This document shows positions 20,641-30,145 of a DNA stretch of 64,000 nt, piece after piece. The position numbers and the translations under genes are program-made. The notes beneath the pieces were generated by a model that did not search any database, was not told where the DNA came from, and saw nothing but the letters and a program-made list of their open reading frames with translations. The stretch is from Penicillus capitatus (lineage: Eukaryota > Plantae > Chlorophyta), in contig OZ287712.1 in assembly GCA_965649825.1 (NCBI GenBank), positions 310,001-374,000 on the forward strand. Direction: 5' to 3'. Numbering within the stretch: the first letter of the stretch is position 1; the number at the start of each line of letters is the position of its first letter.

Positions 20641-23471
20641 TCACCCAGTTAAAGCACATTCCTGGTTTTTCTTTGAAGTTCAAGTCTGGAAGGACATCGC
20701 TTTGTTGTGGATCGCCACTCGTCATTGGCCCAAGTGACGTAGTGACGCGGAAGTTGCCTTTTTGTTTAGAATGTGTTTCTCATTGTTCTGTGTTCCCAAA
20801 GTTGTCGAGTCCGGGTCTTTTGATGTCGTTTTGGCTGTCAGACAAGGGTGAAATCTCTGTTCGCATTTGGAATAGTGGACGTGTCGCGCAATTTGTCGCG
20901 CACAAGACAATCGTCCTGGAAGTTTATTCATGTGTGTGTCCTGTGTTGCTTTCCAAGTTTGATGGCGCTGATAAGCCACTCTGTGCACCTGTTTCTGCGT
21001 TGTGCATGATGAAAGACAAGTTCTATTGGAGGGATCGTTTCCCGAGACTGTTTGACGATACGCTCATGTTTGGAACTGTAAAGGATTTAGAAGTTTCCTA
21101 CTCGGAGATCCATTGGAAAACGTCGTATTACGACATTCCGCTAACGAATCGTGGCTTGGAATACGAAGTGGGGGAAGTGAGCCCCGCAGAAGCGAGCGCC
21201 TATTTGGACACGCTGCTTCAAAAGGGGGTGATTCGTGAGATGGCCCCTGGAGAGAAAGGATTTTTCTCACCTGCAATGTTTCTGAGGAAGAAAGATGGCA
21301 GGGTGAGAAAAGTGGTTGATTTCAGGCTTTTGAATTCGTATTCGCATGCTTGGATAGTGCCGATGAGCGGAGGCACAATCGCACGGATAAGAAGGATACC
21401 GAGTGATTGGAAATACTTTACTAAGGTTGATTTGGAATCAGGATTTTCCAACGTGGGTGTCGATGAAAGGCTTCAAGCTTTATTTGCGTTTTCGTATCGT
21501 GGGAGATCGTTCACGTACAGAACGATACCGCAAGGTTGGTCGAGTGCTAGCGGTATCTTCGATAGTCGCATGAGTTCGATCTTTTCCTCGATTGGGGCTG
21601 TATCGTATATTGATGATGTCTTAGTTGGAGGGGATACTCCAGAGTCGCATGACAAGGCGCTACATGACCTGCTTGCGACACTTGTTTTTTATGGCTTTAG
21701 AGTCAATTTGCGGAAGCTTGAGATTGGTGCTTCCCAAGTCAATTTTCTAGGATTTGATCTAAGACAAGGTCACTTTTCGCTTCGCAGCTACATTGACCGA
21801 CAGTCAGCGGAGTTACCGTCGGCCAATACTTTGACTCAGCTGCGAAGGATGATAGGCATTTTTAACTTTGCACGGCCTTTCGTATCAAGAATGGACTCGA
21901 TGATACTGCCTTTGTTGGATGACCTGAAGAAAGCTCCATCTGATCGCATGCCTTTATTAGAACTGCAGGAGTGTTGTCGCGAGATTTGGAGACACGTCCT
22001 GACAGTCAATTTGGAACTGTGCATGTTCGATCAATGGACGGACTCAGAATGGACGCTTCTAGTGGACTGGAGTACCACTGGAATGGGATACATCTTGCTC
22101 AAGGGAGACCTCGAGCAGAGATGCGTGGTTGGGCTCGGATCAAAGAAAATGGGAGAGCGTGTCTCGTCTCATTTGGGAGAATTGTTGGCTGTAAAGTGGT
22201 CTTTGGAACAGGTCAAAGTCTTGACCTCTGGTCAGCGAGTTCGCTTGCTAAGTGACTCGGCATCGGTTGTCGCTCGTCTCCTAAGGGATTCGAAGCAGGA
22301 AGATGTGGTTGATGTCAGACAAGCTCGATTGTTTGCTTGGATTTGGGCAAACTTTCCGCTACAGTCAAGGCTTTTGGTTGAACATCGGCCGGGATCGTAT
22401 AACGAAATTGCTGACGCGTTATCGCGATGGCAAGACTCTGAAGTGGTGGGTGCAATTGAGCAGGCTCAGGATGAGCCGAAAATACCGGAAGATGCGATTG
22501 AAATAATGAAAGCCGTTCATGAAGAGGGACATTACAATGCCATTGCTACGTTCCTGCACTTGAAAAGAGAAGGACACTCATGGAAGCGCATGAGAGCCAT
22601 GGTCGATGAAGTCGTTCGGAGTTGTGAGCACTGTCAGATGTACGGGCGAGAGTGCCTGTCGCATGAATTTAGTGCGAGGATTTGTACCTCTGTTGGCGAA
22701 ATGGTCTACGTTGATTTTGCCGGTCCCTACCCACTACGTTACGGAAGAGGCAGGAGGATGCTCTTCGTAATAGTAGATGGCTACAGCCGACTCGTCAAGA
22801 TCAAGGTTGTTACCGCGGCCACCTCGGAGGTGATAATGGAAGGACTTTCTGAGTGGATCGACTTCGTTGGACCGATGACTGCAGTCCAAGCTGACAACGC
22901 GGCTGCATTCCATGCGGTGATCCTTAAGAACTGGTTGCAGGAAAGACAGATCCGTATCCAATATACTGGTGCGTACAGACCGCACAGCAATGGTCCCGTC
23001 GAACGAATGATCGGCAATATCAAAACGAGATTACGCAAGCTCATGCATCAGTCGCAGAGGAGCTGGGTGTCTCTGATTCCGGAGGTGGAACAAGCGATCA
23101 ACAATTCCATTAACTCCACCACTCAATTCACTCCAAACGAGCTTGCATTTGGAAGATGTCGAGACGGCCAGATGGTCGAGAATTCTGTCCGAGATCAGTG
23201 GCGAGAGCAGGCGCTACGTCGTCTGAGAAGTAGACGAAAAGGAAAACATCGTACTGTTGTTCGCATCCGATATCCGATCGAGATTGGTAAAGAAGTCCTT
23301 TGGAAGGTGCCAGGTCCAAAGCGTAATCAATTCTGGTCGCCAATCTGGGAAGGTCCATATCGGGTGATAAAGAAGGACAGTGCGATGTTCAGAGACATTC
23401 AATTGGTCGATGGAGAACGGACGCGTAGGCATGTTCACGTGAGAAGCTTGAGACCGTTCTTTCGGAGTTGA
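20625..23471 (+). CDS. pol: Retrotransposon Pol: degenerate dUTPase-like segment, RT, RNase H, integrase
   Basis: RT: SPAMFLRKKDGRVRKVVDFRLLN, KVDLESGF, PQGW, YIDD (21606-21617). RNase H: VDWS...GELLAV...LSDS...NEIADALSR. Integrase: H-x3-H...C-x2-C, YVDFAGP, QADNAAAF, NGPVERMIGNIK, and WEGPYRV (GPY/F). No stop codons. Confidence 0.97.
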   Translation, partial: KCVPVITQLKHIPGFSLKFKSGRTSLCCGSPLVIGPSDVVTRKLPFCLECVSHCSVFPKLSSPGLLMSFWLSDKGEISVRIWNSGRVAQFVAHKTIVLEVYSCVCPVLLSKFDGADKPLCAPVSALCMMKDKFYWRDRFPRLFDDTLMFGTVKDLEVSYSEIHWKTSYYDIPLTNRGLEYEVGEVSPAEASAYLDTLLQKGVIREMAPGEKGFFSPAMFLRKKDGRVRKVVDFRLLNSYSHAWIVPMSGGTIARIRRIPSDWKYFTKVDLESGFSNVGVDERLQALFAFSYRGRSFTYRTIPQGWSSASGIFDSRMSSIFSSIGAVSYIDDVLVGGDTPESHDKALHDLLATLVFYGFRVNLRKLEIGASQVNFLGFDLRQGHFSLRSYIDRQSAELPSANTLTQLRRMIGIFNFARPFVSRMDSMILPLLDDLKKAPSDRMPLLELQECCREIWRHVLTVNLELCMFDQWTDSEWTLLVDWSTTGMGYILLKGDLEQRCVVGLGSKKMGERVSSHLGELLAVKWSLEQVKVLTSGQRVRLLSDSASVVARLLRDSKQEDVVDVRQARLFAWIWANFPLQSRLLVEHRPGSYNEIADALSRWQDSEVVGAIEQAQDEPKIPEDAIEIMKAVHEEGHYNAIATFLHLKREGHSWKRMRAMVDEVVRSCEHCQMYGRECLSHEFSARICTSVGEMVYVDFAGPYPLRYGRGRRMLFVIVDGYSRLVKIKVVTAATSEVIMEGLSEWIDFVGPMTAVQADNAAAFHAVILKNWLQERQIRIQYTGAYRPHSNGPVERMIGNIKTRLRKLMHQSQRSWVSLIPEVEQAINNSINSTTQFTPNELAFGRCRDGQMVENSVRDQWREQALRRLRSRRKGKHRTVVRIRYPIEIGKEVLWKVPGPKRNQFWSPIWEGPYRVIKKDSAMFRDIQLVDGERTRRHVHVRSLRPFFRS

Positions 23472-23481
23472 CAGGGAAGCG
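23470..23481 (+). promoter_or_regulatory. Polypurine tract (gacAGGGAAGcg)
   Basis: Purine run immediately 5' of the 3' LTR, starting within the pol stop codon. Confidence 0.7.
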
Positions 23482-24314
23482 TGTTGGTCCGCTGACTGAT
23501 CAAGCGGAGAAGTCTTAGGCGACGGTTTGAAGGCCGTCAGGACTGGTCGCTTGAACGTGAGGAAGCAGTCAGCGACGGTTAAGAGAGCGCTCGAGAGGGT
23601 CAAGAGATGACCAACGTAGGGTGAAAGACGAGTCTGCAAGAAGACGCGAAGGTCGTGAATTGCCAAATGTCCAGAGTTCTAGTCTGGGTGACGTGTATTC
23701 TCGGAATGATCGGAAAACGTCACTGTCATCTGTGAACACTTAGACACTCGCCAGAAATCTCAGAAACCGGTGGAATTCGATGATTGCTGAGGTCGAGGCG
23801 ACGTCGAGTTTAACGCTACAAATGACCTGCGAGGTGCAAGCGACGTCGAGTTCTGAGCCGAAAGTCCGAGGCGACGAACGATGCTGTAACCCTGAGTGAT
23901 CAGCCTGGATTACAGAAAAGGCGAGGAAAGCGTGGCAGTCAGTTGACGTGACGAAATGGACAGTCGACGCGCTGAGAAGGAGACGCAGCCAGTGGTAAAA
24001 GCCTGAAGATGCAGCGTCGCAGTGAGGCGAAGACATGAAATCAAGGTGGCGCCAAAAGGCGACGTGAGACGCGAATTTAGTGTGTGTAACTAACAAAAAC
24101 GCAAATGAAACGGAGAACATGGGCATATAAAATAAAAACTTTAGGGGCAAGTTTGGGTTTAAAGCTTTCGGTGTTGCGTGCATATTTTGTCGATCGAGTC
24201 GCTTTGCGTTGCTGACGACTACAAGCGTAATCCCGCTGCCGTGCTGACGATTTTGGCCTGTTTTTTCAGTGCCAATTCTGCCCCATCGTCGCATAGTACT
24301 GCAGAAAACCAACA
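23482..24314 (+). repeat. 3' LTR (833 bp)
   Basis: Identical to the 5' LTR by eye except for a T6 run (vs T5) near 24261-24266. Confidence 0.97.
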
Positions 24315-25187
24315 GGACTTCTGCTCTGATAAGTATTATTGCAAAGACAAATTCCTTTTGTGCGAGGGATATTACGGCCATCCTGACGAAATGCCCGCAA
24401 AAGGATGGGAGAGAGGCCTCTGCTGAAAACGCGTCGCCTAACGGACGAGAAGCCGAACACATTCTTTCCGGGCATGAGTTCTGGAGATTTTGCATGACCC
24501 TCTGGAACAATCCGGTTACCTGTTAATGTTCGATCTTTAAGCATCGCAGCCGTTTTTTGAACTCGCTTTCACGACGCGCGTTTCCTGCGACGATCACGAA
24601 AAGCGGTCGACGGCGTCTTCATGGCCACGATCGCCAGGCGGTGTGCTTGCTGCCTGCCGTACCCGAAAAACGCCGCATTCGCGCGTTTTCTGAGCACGAC
24701 GGCCAACTGCTCCGGGCAGAGCGGCAGACGCGAATCCTCTCTCGGCGAGACGGACAGGACCCTCGTTCTCGTCGCACACTTCTCACGTCAAGCTCGGCGT
24801 GCTTTCTTACGTCGCGGCAGATGAGGGGAATCCGAACTCGGCATGCCGATCGGCGAAAGAAAGACACGCGCGGCTCGCGGAGAAGTACGAACCAAGGCGC
24901 TAGAGGCGCGGAGGCCTGAGCTGCGAACAACTGCAGGGACTCGACTTGGGAATCCTGTCCGCCGAGACACACGCCTCGAATGAGAAGGTGCGTCTGGCGC
25001 GTTTGCGAACCTTCACGCCGGAAGGCCACTCACTGCTTTCGGCGCATCAGCCTTCGTCATTCTTCCCGTTCGCCGGTCGAGGAAGAACTGGGCCATGAGG
25101 CGTCGTTTTCAGAATGGGGACTCGGTCGGTCGGACACACGATTACGGGGCAGCACCAGGTTTACAGACGGATCACTCTTAAAACCAG

Positions 25188-25772
25188 TCACTGTTCCGAG
25201 CGCAGCTGAGAGGCAATGGCAGATTCGAGTCTCTCCCGGGCGAATTCTCGAGGAAAGAGATCTCGGGGCATGCCGTCTCGGCCGAACAGGAACTTCTGGA
25301 AGTTCCACGGCAGATCGAAGTCCGCTGCCTCCTGTCCTTCGCCGCGCGGCAGATGCTGCTTCAGGAAGCTGAAGACGGCGTTCGTGTTCGGTCCGTTGAC
25401 GTCGACCTGCACAGCTGAGACATCTCAGCTGGCCTCTTGGGAGATTGGCTCACACTTTGGAGAACATCGGAAATGTGACGTGGTACTCTGCCTCGACGAA
25501 TGCCTTGATCTAGGGCACTCGTCTGGCTCTTGGTTTCCAGGCTGATTGCAAGGGAATGCCAGAACGGTGAGTCCATCGGAACGGTGCCGGTGGCAGAGGT
25601 CCTGCAGTCCTGCACATCAGCGTCTCCGAGCACGTCGCTCGCAGCCACACGTCAGGCTGCCTCTGCAGTCTGCCTCGGTGAAGCCGCAGCGCGAGGCGAC
25701 GTTCGCCACCACCGAGACATTCCCTGCAAACTCGGCCAGATCCTTCGACTCGCCGTTCGATGTCCTCGTCAC
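25188..25772 (-). pseudogene. GPX: Glutathione peroxidase (Cys-type) pseudogene with retained introns
   Basis: NGESKDLAEFAGNVSVVANVASRCGFT, GLTVLAFPCNQPGNQEP, a frameshift before IKAFVEAEYHVTFPMFSK, then VDVNGPNTNAVFSFLK and PWNFQKFL. Confidence 0.85.
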
Positions 25773-25808
25773 GAACGGATTGATATATGCTCGGCATCGA
25801 CGACAGCG
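25770..25808 (-). pseudogene. SEC24: Sec24-type zinc-finger fragment fused in frame to the GPX relic
   Basis: RCRRCRAYINPFV matches the Sec24 ZnF signature RCxxCR(T)YINPFV. The second CxxC pair is absent. Confidence 0.6.
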
Positions 25809-26242
25809 ACCCCCTGCACGAACAGACCGCACAGCATGAGGCTGCTGATCGGATTCCCTTCCAGGACCAAGACGCAGAGTCTGGTGGGCGGCAGCCGAGG
25901 ATCGGGAGTGCTCTCCGGGGTGTTTCCCGATCTGCTGAGAGGACGCGGGATCCTCCAGGCTTCATTCTGAGGGCCAGTTGAAGGATCTCCAAGTGGAGCA
26001 GACCACAGACACCCAGCCCTACGAGACACACACTGCCTTGCGGTGAGAACACCTTTCTCCTTCAGTACATGCATCACTTGACGATTCTGCGCAGCTCCCA
26101 CAGGCGTGTTTGCGTGGTCTTGGACGCCTTGTTCGTCGTTGCCGGCAGCGGCACGCGCTTCGTCCCTTGCATTCTCGGCAAATGGCATCCATTCTTCTTG
26201 ACACGGTAACGGTCATCGCCGATCCAAGCCCTCGCACATGCG

Positions 26243-26674
26243 TCATGCAGGCGTCTTGATCTCCGCGATTTCGACACCGAGCACGAGCGTGGTATCTCCC
26301 GAAGACCGGAACTGGATCTCTCTGTCGGATTGGGGGGCAGAGAAACGACATGGAATCTCTGGCGGTGAACCCGCTTCACCGTATAAGTGCCGTATCCGGT
26401 GGAACCTTCAGTCTGCGTCTTGGCCAACGCTCGCTCCAAGGACCCCCGCTTCCCGTCCCTGTGTTGCCTGCCGTGCTTCCAGCCTGACGCCGAGCGGCAC
26501 GTCGCCGCCGTGGCTGCTGTCGAGCACCGAACCATCCGTCCGACGACCCTGCGTTCTCACACTCCGCGATTTCTCACTCCATCTGCATCGACGAAACACT
26601 TTGCAATGCAACGTGACCATCTCGCCCCTCTTCGCCTTTGTTGAACATTCTGAAGGTGTGTGCAGAACAGGCAA
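26243..26674 (-). pseudogene. FKBP-type peptidyl-prolyl isomerase (FKBP15/FKBP2-like) pseudogene
   Basis: TPSECSTKAKRGEMVTLHCK|GRRTDGSVLDSSHGG...QATQGREAGVLGASVG, frameshift, RRLKVPP, frameshift, LYGEAGSPPEIP|...TLVLGVEIAEIK. Two frameshifts, and introns are retained. Confidence 0.8.
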
Positions 26675-27669
26675 TGGTGTGTGTCAAAGAGTGAGATGAT
26701 CACACTTTCACACCAAGCCAAAAAGCAGTTGTTTGATGCCGGTCTCTTTGGCAAGAGCAGCCGCCACCCTGCAAGACGAGAGATGCCAGAGGGTCTGCTG
26801 CATCGTTAGCATTCTACGTCATGAGGCGTTATCTGTCTCGTGTCACTCGATCGGATCGTTACCTTCTTTGTAGATGGTGAAGAGACGCGAAGGATCGGAT
26901 ATCCGAGAAAACATCGTGGTGGGCCGTGTGGGATTGTTCTGGGGGTACCTTGGCCTTGAACGTGGCGATAAGTGGGACATTGATGATCGCGCAGTCTGCA
27001 TCGTCCAAGCAGCTCTCGTATGCCTGGCACGAGCGTGAAGAGTAGGTGTTTCATACGCGAGGGCGTTAGAAGATCTGGCGCGCGGAAAGCATCGTGTGAT
27101 CCTGTAGATCAAAGAAACGGGCCGAAAGAGAAGCTCTGTGAATTCGCATCTGACGCCTTTTCGCAGTCGACTTTCCTTGGCGGCTTGTGGGACAAGCATT
27201 CTCTGAGAGTGGCGTGTCTGGATGATGACACCGGACTGGCAAACGTTTCGGATTTGAGCGTTTCGTGGAGGGACGCCTGTGTGGTAGCTGAAGAAGAATA
27301 CGATTAAGTGGTGCTTCGCGAAGCATGGCAGCAATGCTCGTTCCTCTTCGGCGAGCTCAAAGTGGCTGTCGAAGTTCCTGGATCCCGAGAATCCCTTATG
27401 GCATCCACAGAGCCTGATCTCGTCGTGTTTGGACGGCGAAGCCTCGGTCAGGTGGGAAACGGGTCGCGTATCGAAGGCGCCGCGGTGGCATTCGCGTCGC
27501 GATTGAGGTGAGGGAGGCGGTCGTCATCGACACGACGGTTGTTTGTCGCGCGAAGGGCAGATGGACATGCCCGACGTCGTCGTCCCTGCCGTTCAACAGG
27601 ACGCGACTGGTCCGTGCTCGAATGGCACGCCGGACGTATGGAGGCCTCCCCAGAACGGCGCCCGCCACA

Positions 27670-27745
27670 GAACGCACTGAGCGTGGCGAATGCTGCTGGC
27701 GAAGAACCGGAAGGAGGAGCAGCAGCTAGACTGGATGTACGAGAC
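27670..27745 (+). pseudogene. Short CWC25-like splicing-factor fragment
   Basis: SVANAAG, frameshift, KNRKEEQQLDWMYE resembles the CWC25 N-terminal motif (..EDVGAVKKKEEKLDWMY). Confidence 0.42.
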
Positions 27746-28034
27746 GGCAGATTGCGAGGTATTCAGCATAGGAATTGACATCGTGCCTTTCCGGCACTTC
27801 TACCGATTGTCTGAAGGAGACGGAGGTACTCGATTGAGGGAAATTCTGACGAAGGGATGTCCAAGAGTTCTTACCTTTCGCCTGTCGAGACACGGACTCT
27901 TGCAACCGGTGAATGGACTGGACAGACGCAGAGATGGATCGCGATTTCTCTGACGCGGACCCTTCACACAGTTTCTCTAACTCGTCGTTAAACAGTTCTT
28001 ACATCAAGGGTCGACGCGCACAGTAGCTCCCCAT

Positions 28035-28095
28035 TCAGCTGGTGTATGGCGTGCTGGCTGATCAAGAAAAGCGAAATGCCCTGTACCAGGAATCG
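28035..28095 (+). pseudogene. Possible J-domain helix III/IV fragment (DNAJC9-like)
   Basis: QLVYGVLADQEKRNALYQE resembles VYxVLSDxEKRxxYD. No HPD motif is visible. Confidence 0.28.
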
Positions 28096-30145
28096 CAGAA
28101 ATGCTCCCGTCCTTCGCCGTTACAACGCCGCAGTCCCGCAGCAACGCCAGACATATCTTTTGCATTGTTCGTGACTACCCGTCACATCCGTGACGTCGCG
28201 TCGCGCCTCGCCAAAGAGACGTCGTTATGTCCTCCTCGGTCACTTAAAGGGTCGTTGCGTGCTGATTGACTTGACTCGCGTCGCCTGGCGTCCTCGCCTT
28301 GCTCGCGATCTTGGCCTGTGTTTCACAGCGCCAAGTGCTGCTCGATTGTTTGGCGTTCTGACAAGTACCATCTGCGTGTGCACAGAGAACGTTTTTGACT
28401 CAAATGCTAGAAGTAGACCACTTTGTGTTTGCCAGATGAAGTGTCGAATATGTGCTAACGTGCTGCCGTCCACCAAGACTTCGGTGGGCATCGTCTATGG
28501 ACACCATTTCGATTGCACATAGACAGAGACAGTCTCTTACCTCAGCGTCCGAGAGCGTCGCCGAAAGCGCCTCAATTTATCATCCAGAACACAACCTTTC
28601 GCCTTCCAAGACGGGTTTCTGTGCTAATCCGCCTTTACGCATTCTCAATGTTACTTCGGCTGATGTTTTTGCAAAGTCCGCGTCCTCTTACTTTTGGAGA
28701 AGGATGGATGCTGTGTAAATAGTTCTGGCCTTCTGCAAGGAAACACCGATAACGGAATGCCTCAATTCAGTAACATGATTCAGCCCGCAATCGCCGCGTG
28801 CTGATGTGTCAGCAGATGGGCGTCGAAAGTGTAGCTAGGAGTAGAGAATAAAAAACAGCATTGGGAATCCGACACCAGTCCTTTCGTGGACATATCCGTG
28901 CCTATGTGTAAGCACCTTGGTACAACTTCGAGTCCTTTTGATTTGCAGTGAGAGAATCGACGCGGAGATGTGGTCACGAAAAGAAAAAGAAGCGGGACAT
29001 TCGATTCTAGTTCGCCAATTGTCTGGTTGACGGGACAGATTTCTGGATATTCGGAACCGGTTCAGACAGTGCACAGTGAAAAACAGAATCAGACTTTCCT
29101 ACAGGTCGTCACAATGGCAATGTACTCGATGGGCCCATGTTTTTATGGGGCATAGTCGATTAATTGCAATGACACAACAACAGGCACGCCGATTCGAATC
29201 GCACATCGGAAGCCGGTGGACGTGTCCTCCAGTGTATGCAACTTGCTCGGTCGTTGTTCCCAGATGAGCGGGTGGGCAGTCGTCGTCACGAACACCCTAG
29301 TCGTTCTCCCTGTGAAATAACCGAAAGACTGACTGCCGATCATGGCAAAGATGATGGTTGTCGGATAGAGTCCGATGAACTACTGGGGCAGTGGGTGTGT
29401 TTTCCAAGAACTGGAAATTCCGCCGTTCGTCTTTGACAAACCTTCAGGGACATAGATGCATGTTGCTGTGAGGGCCGGAGCAGCCGCAATCGGACTCGAA
29501 CTAATGAACTCTTAGAAAGAGACTATCATGCAACAACAATCGATTAATTTAATCCTTGCCTTCACATTGACCGCCAGGATTGCAGTAATATTCGTTCGTT
29601 GTATCTAGTAAAACATATTTAGACGAGAGATGACGTTATTGTCTTGTTGTCACGCTCTCGCGTGAAAGTCACATTAGCTACCTCGTTTCCTCGGGGTTCT
29701 GTGAATCTAAAGGCCGGACGACCTTTGAATTTGAGTTGGGAGTTCACGCCAACAGAGCAGTAGAACGCATGAATGGGCGCCTCCTCGATAGAGGAAGATT
29801 TGAATATAACCTTCGACGCGGCACACGCGGCACATCATGGTACGGAAAGCGAGTGCGTACAACAGACTGATGGGAAGCTTGCTCAGCGACTCGCACATCG
29901 CAACACATCTATCTGTTGTACGCACTCGCTCTCCGTACAATGATGTCATCACACCCGTTCTGTAGCATTGGCTGTTCGGGTAAATGCATCCCTTTCATGC
30001 GAAACGATCCAAGTGGCGACCGTTAGCCAGAAAACGTCTTCTTTGCTGCAACGAAGAAGAGCCAGTCCGCTTACATCGTTCGAGCTAGATAAGGTGCGTA
30101 GACTATCTGAGCAAGCGGATTGACCACGGTGTTTCTTTCTGGCAT

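Larger units (their letters stand above)
18271..24314 (+). mobile_element. Intact Ty3/Gypsy (Metaviridae-type) LTR retrotransposon, non-chromovirus
   Basis: Two near-identical LTRs bounded by TGTTGGT...ACCAACA, a 5-bp TSD GGACT on both sides, PBS and PPT, and domain order PR-RT-RH-IN with a GPY/F motif. Confidence 0.98.
17842..24426 (+). pseudogene. Cys/Tyr-rich putative secreted protein (pseudo)gene interrupted by the LTR element
   Basis: Signal-peptide-like MSANATLFFFAALLCLYAARS at 17842. Removing 18271-24319 restores the reading ...DCLYVDYDAWDFCSDKYYCKDKFLLCEGYYGHPDEMPAKGWERGLC*. Upstream segments need frameshifts or unresolved introns. Confidence 0.35.

Noticed and set aside
23400-23481. 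Chromodomain or env ORF after the integrase
   Set aside because: Pol stops 10 nt before the 3' LTR, leaving no space, and no chromodomain motif is present.
25690-25712. Selenocysteine GPX
   Set aside because: The peroxidatic codon is TGC (VASRCGF), not TGA.
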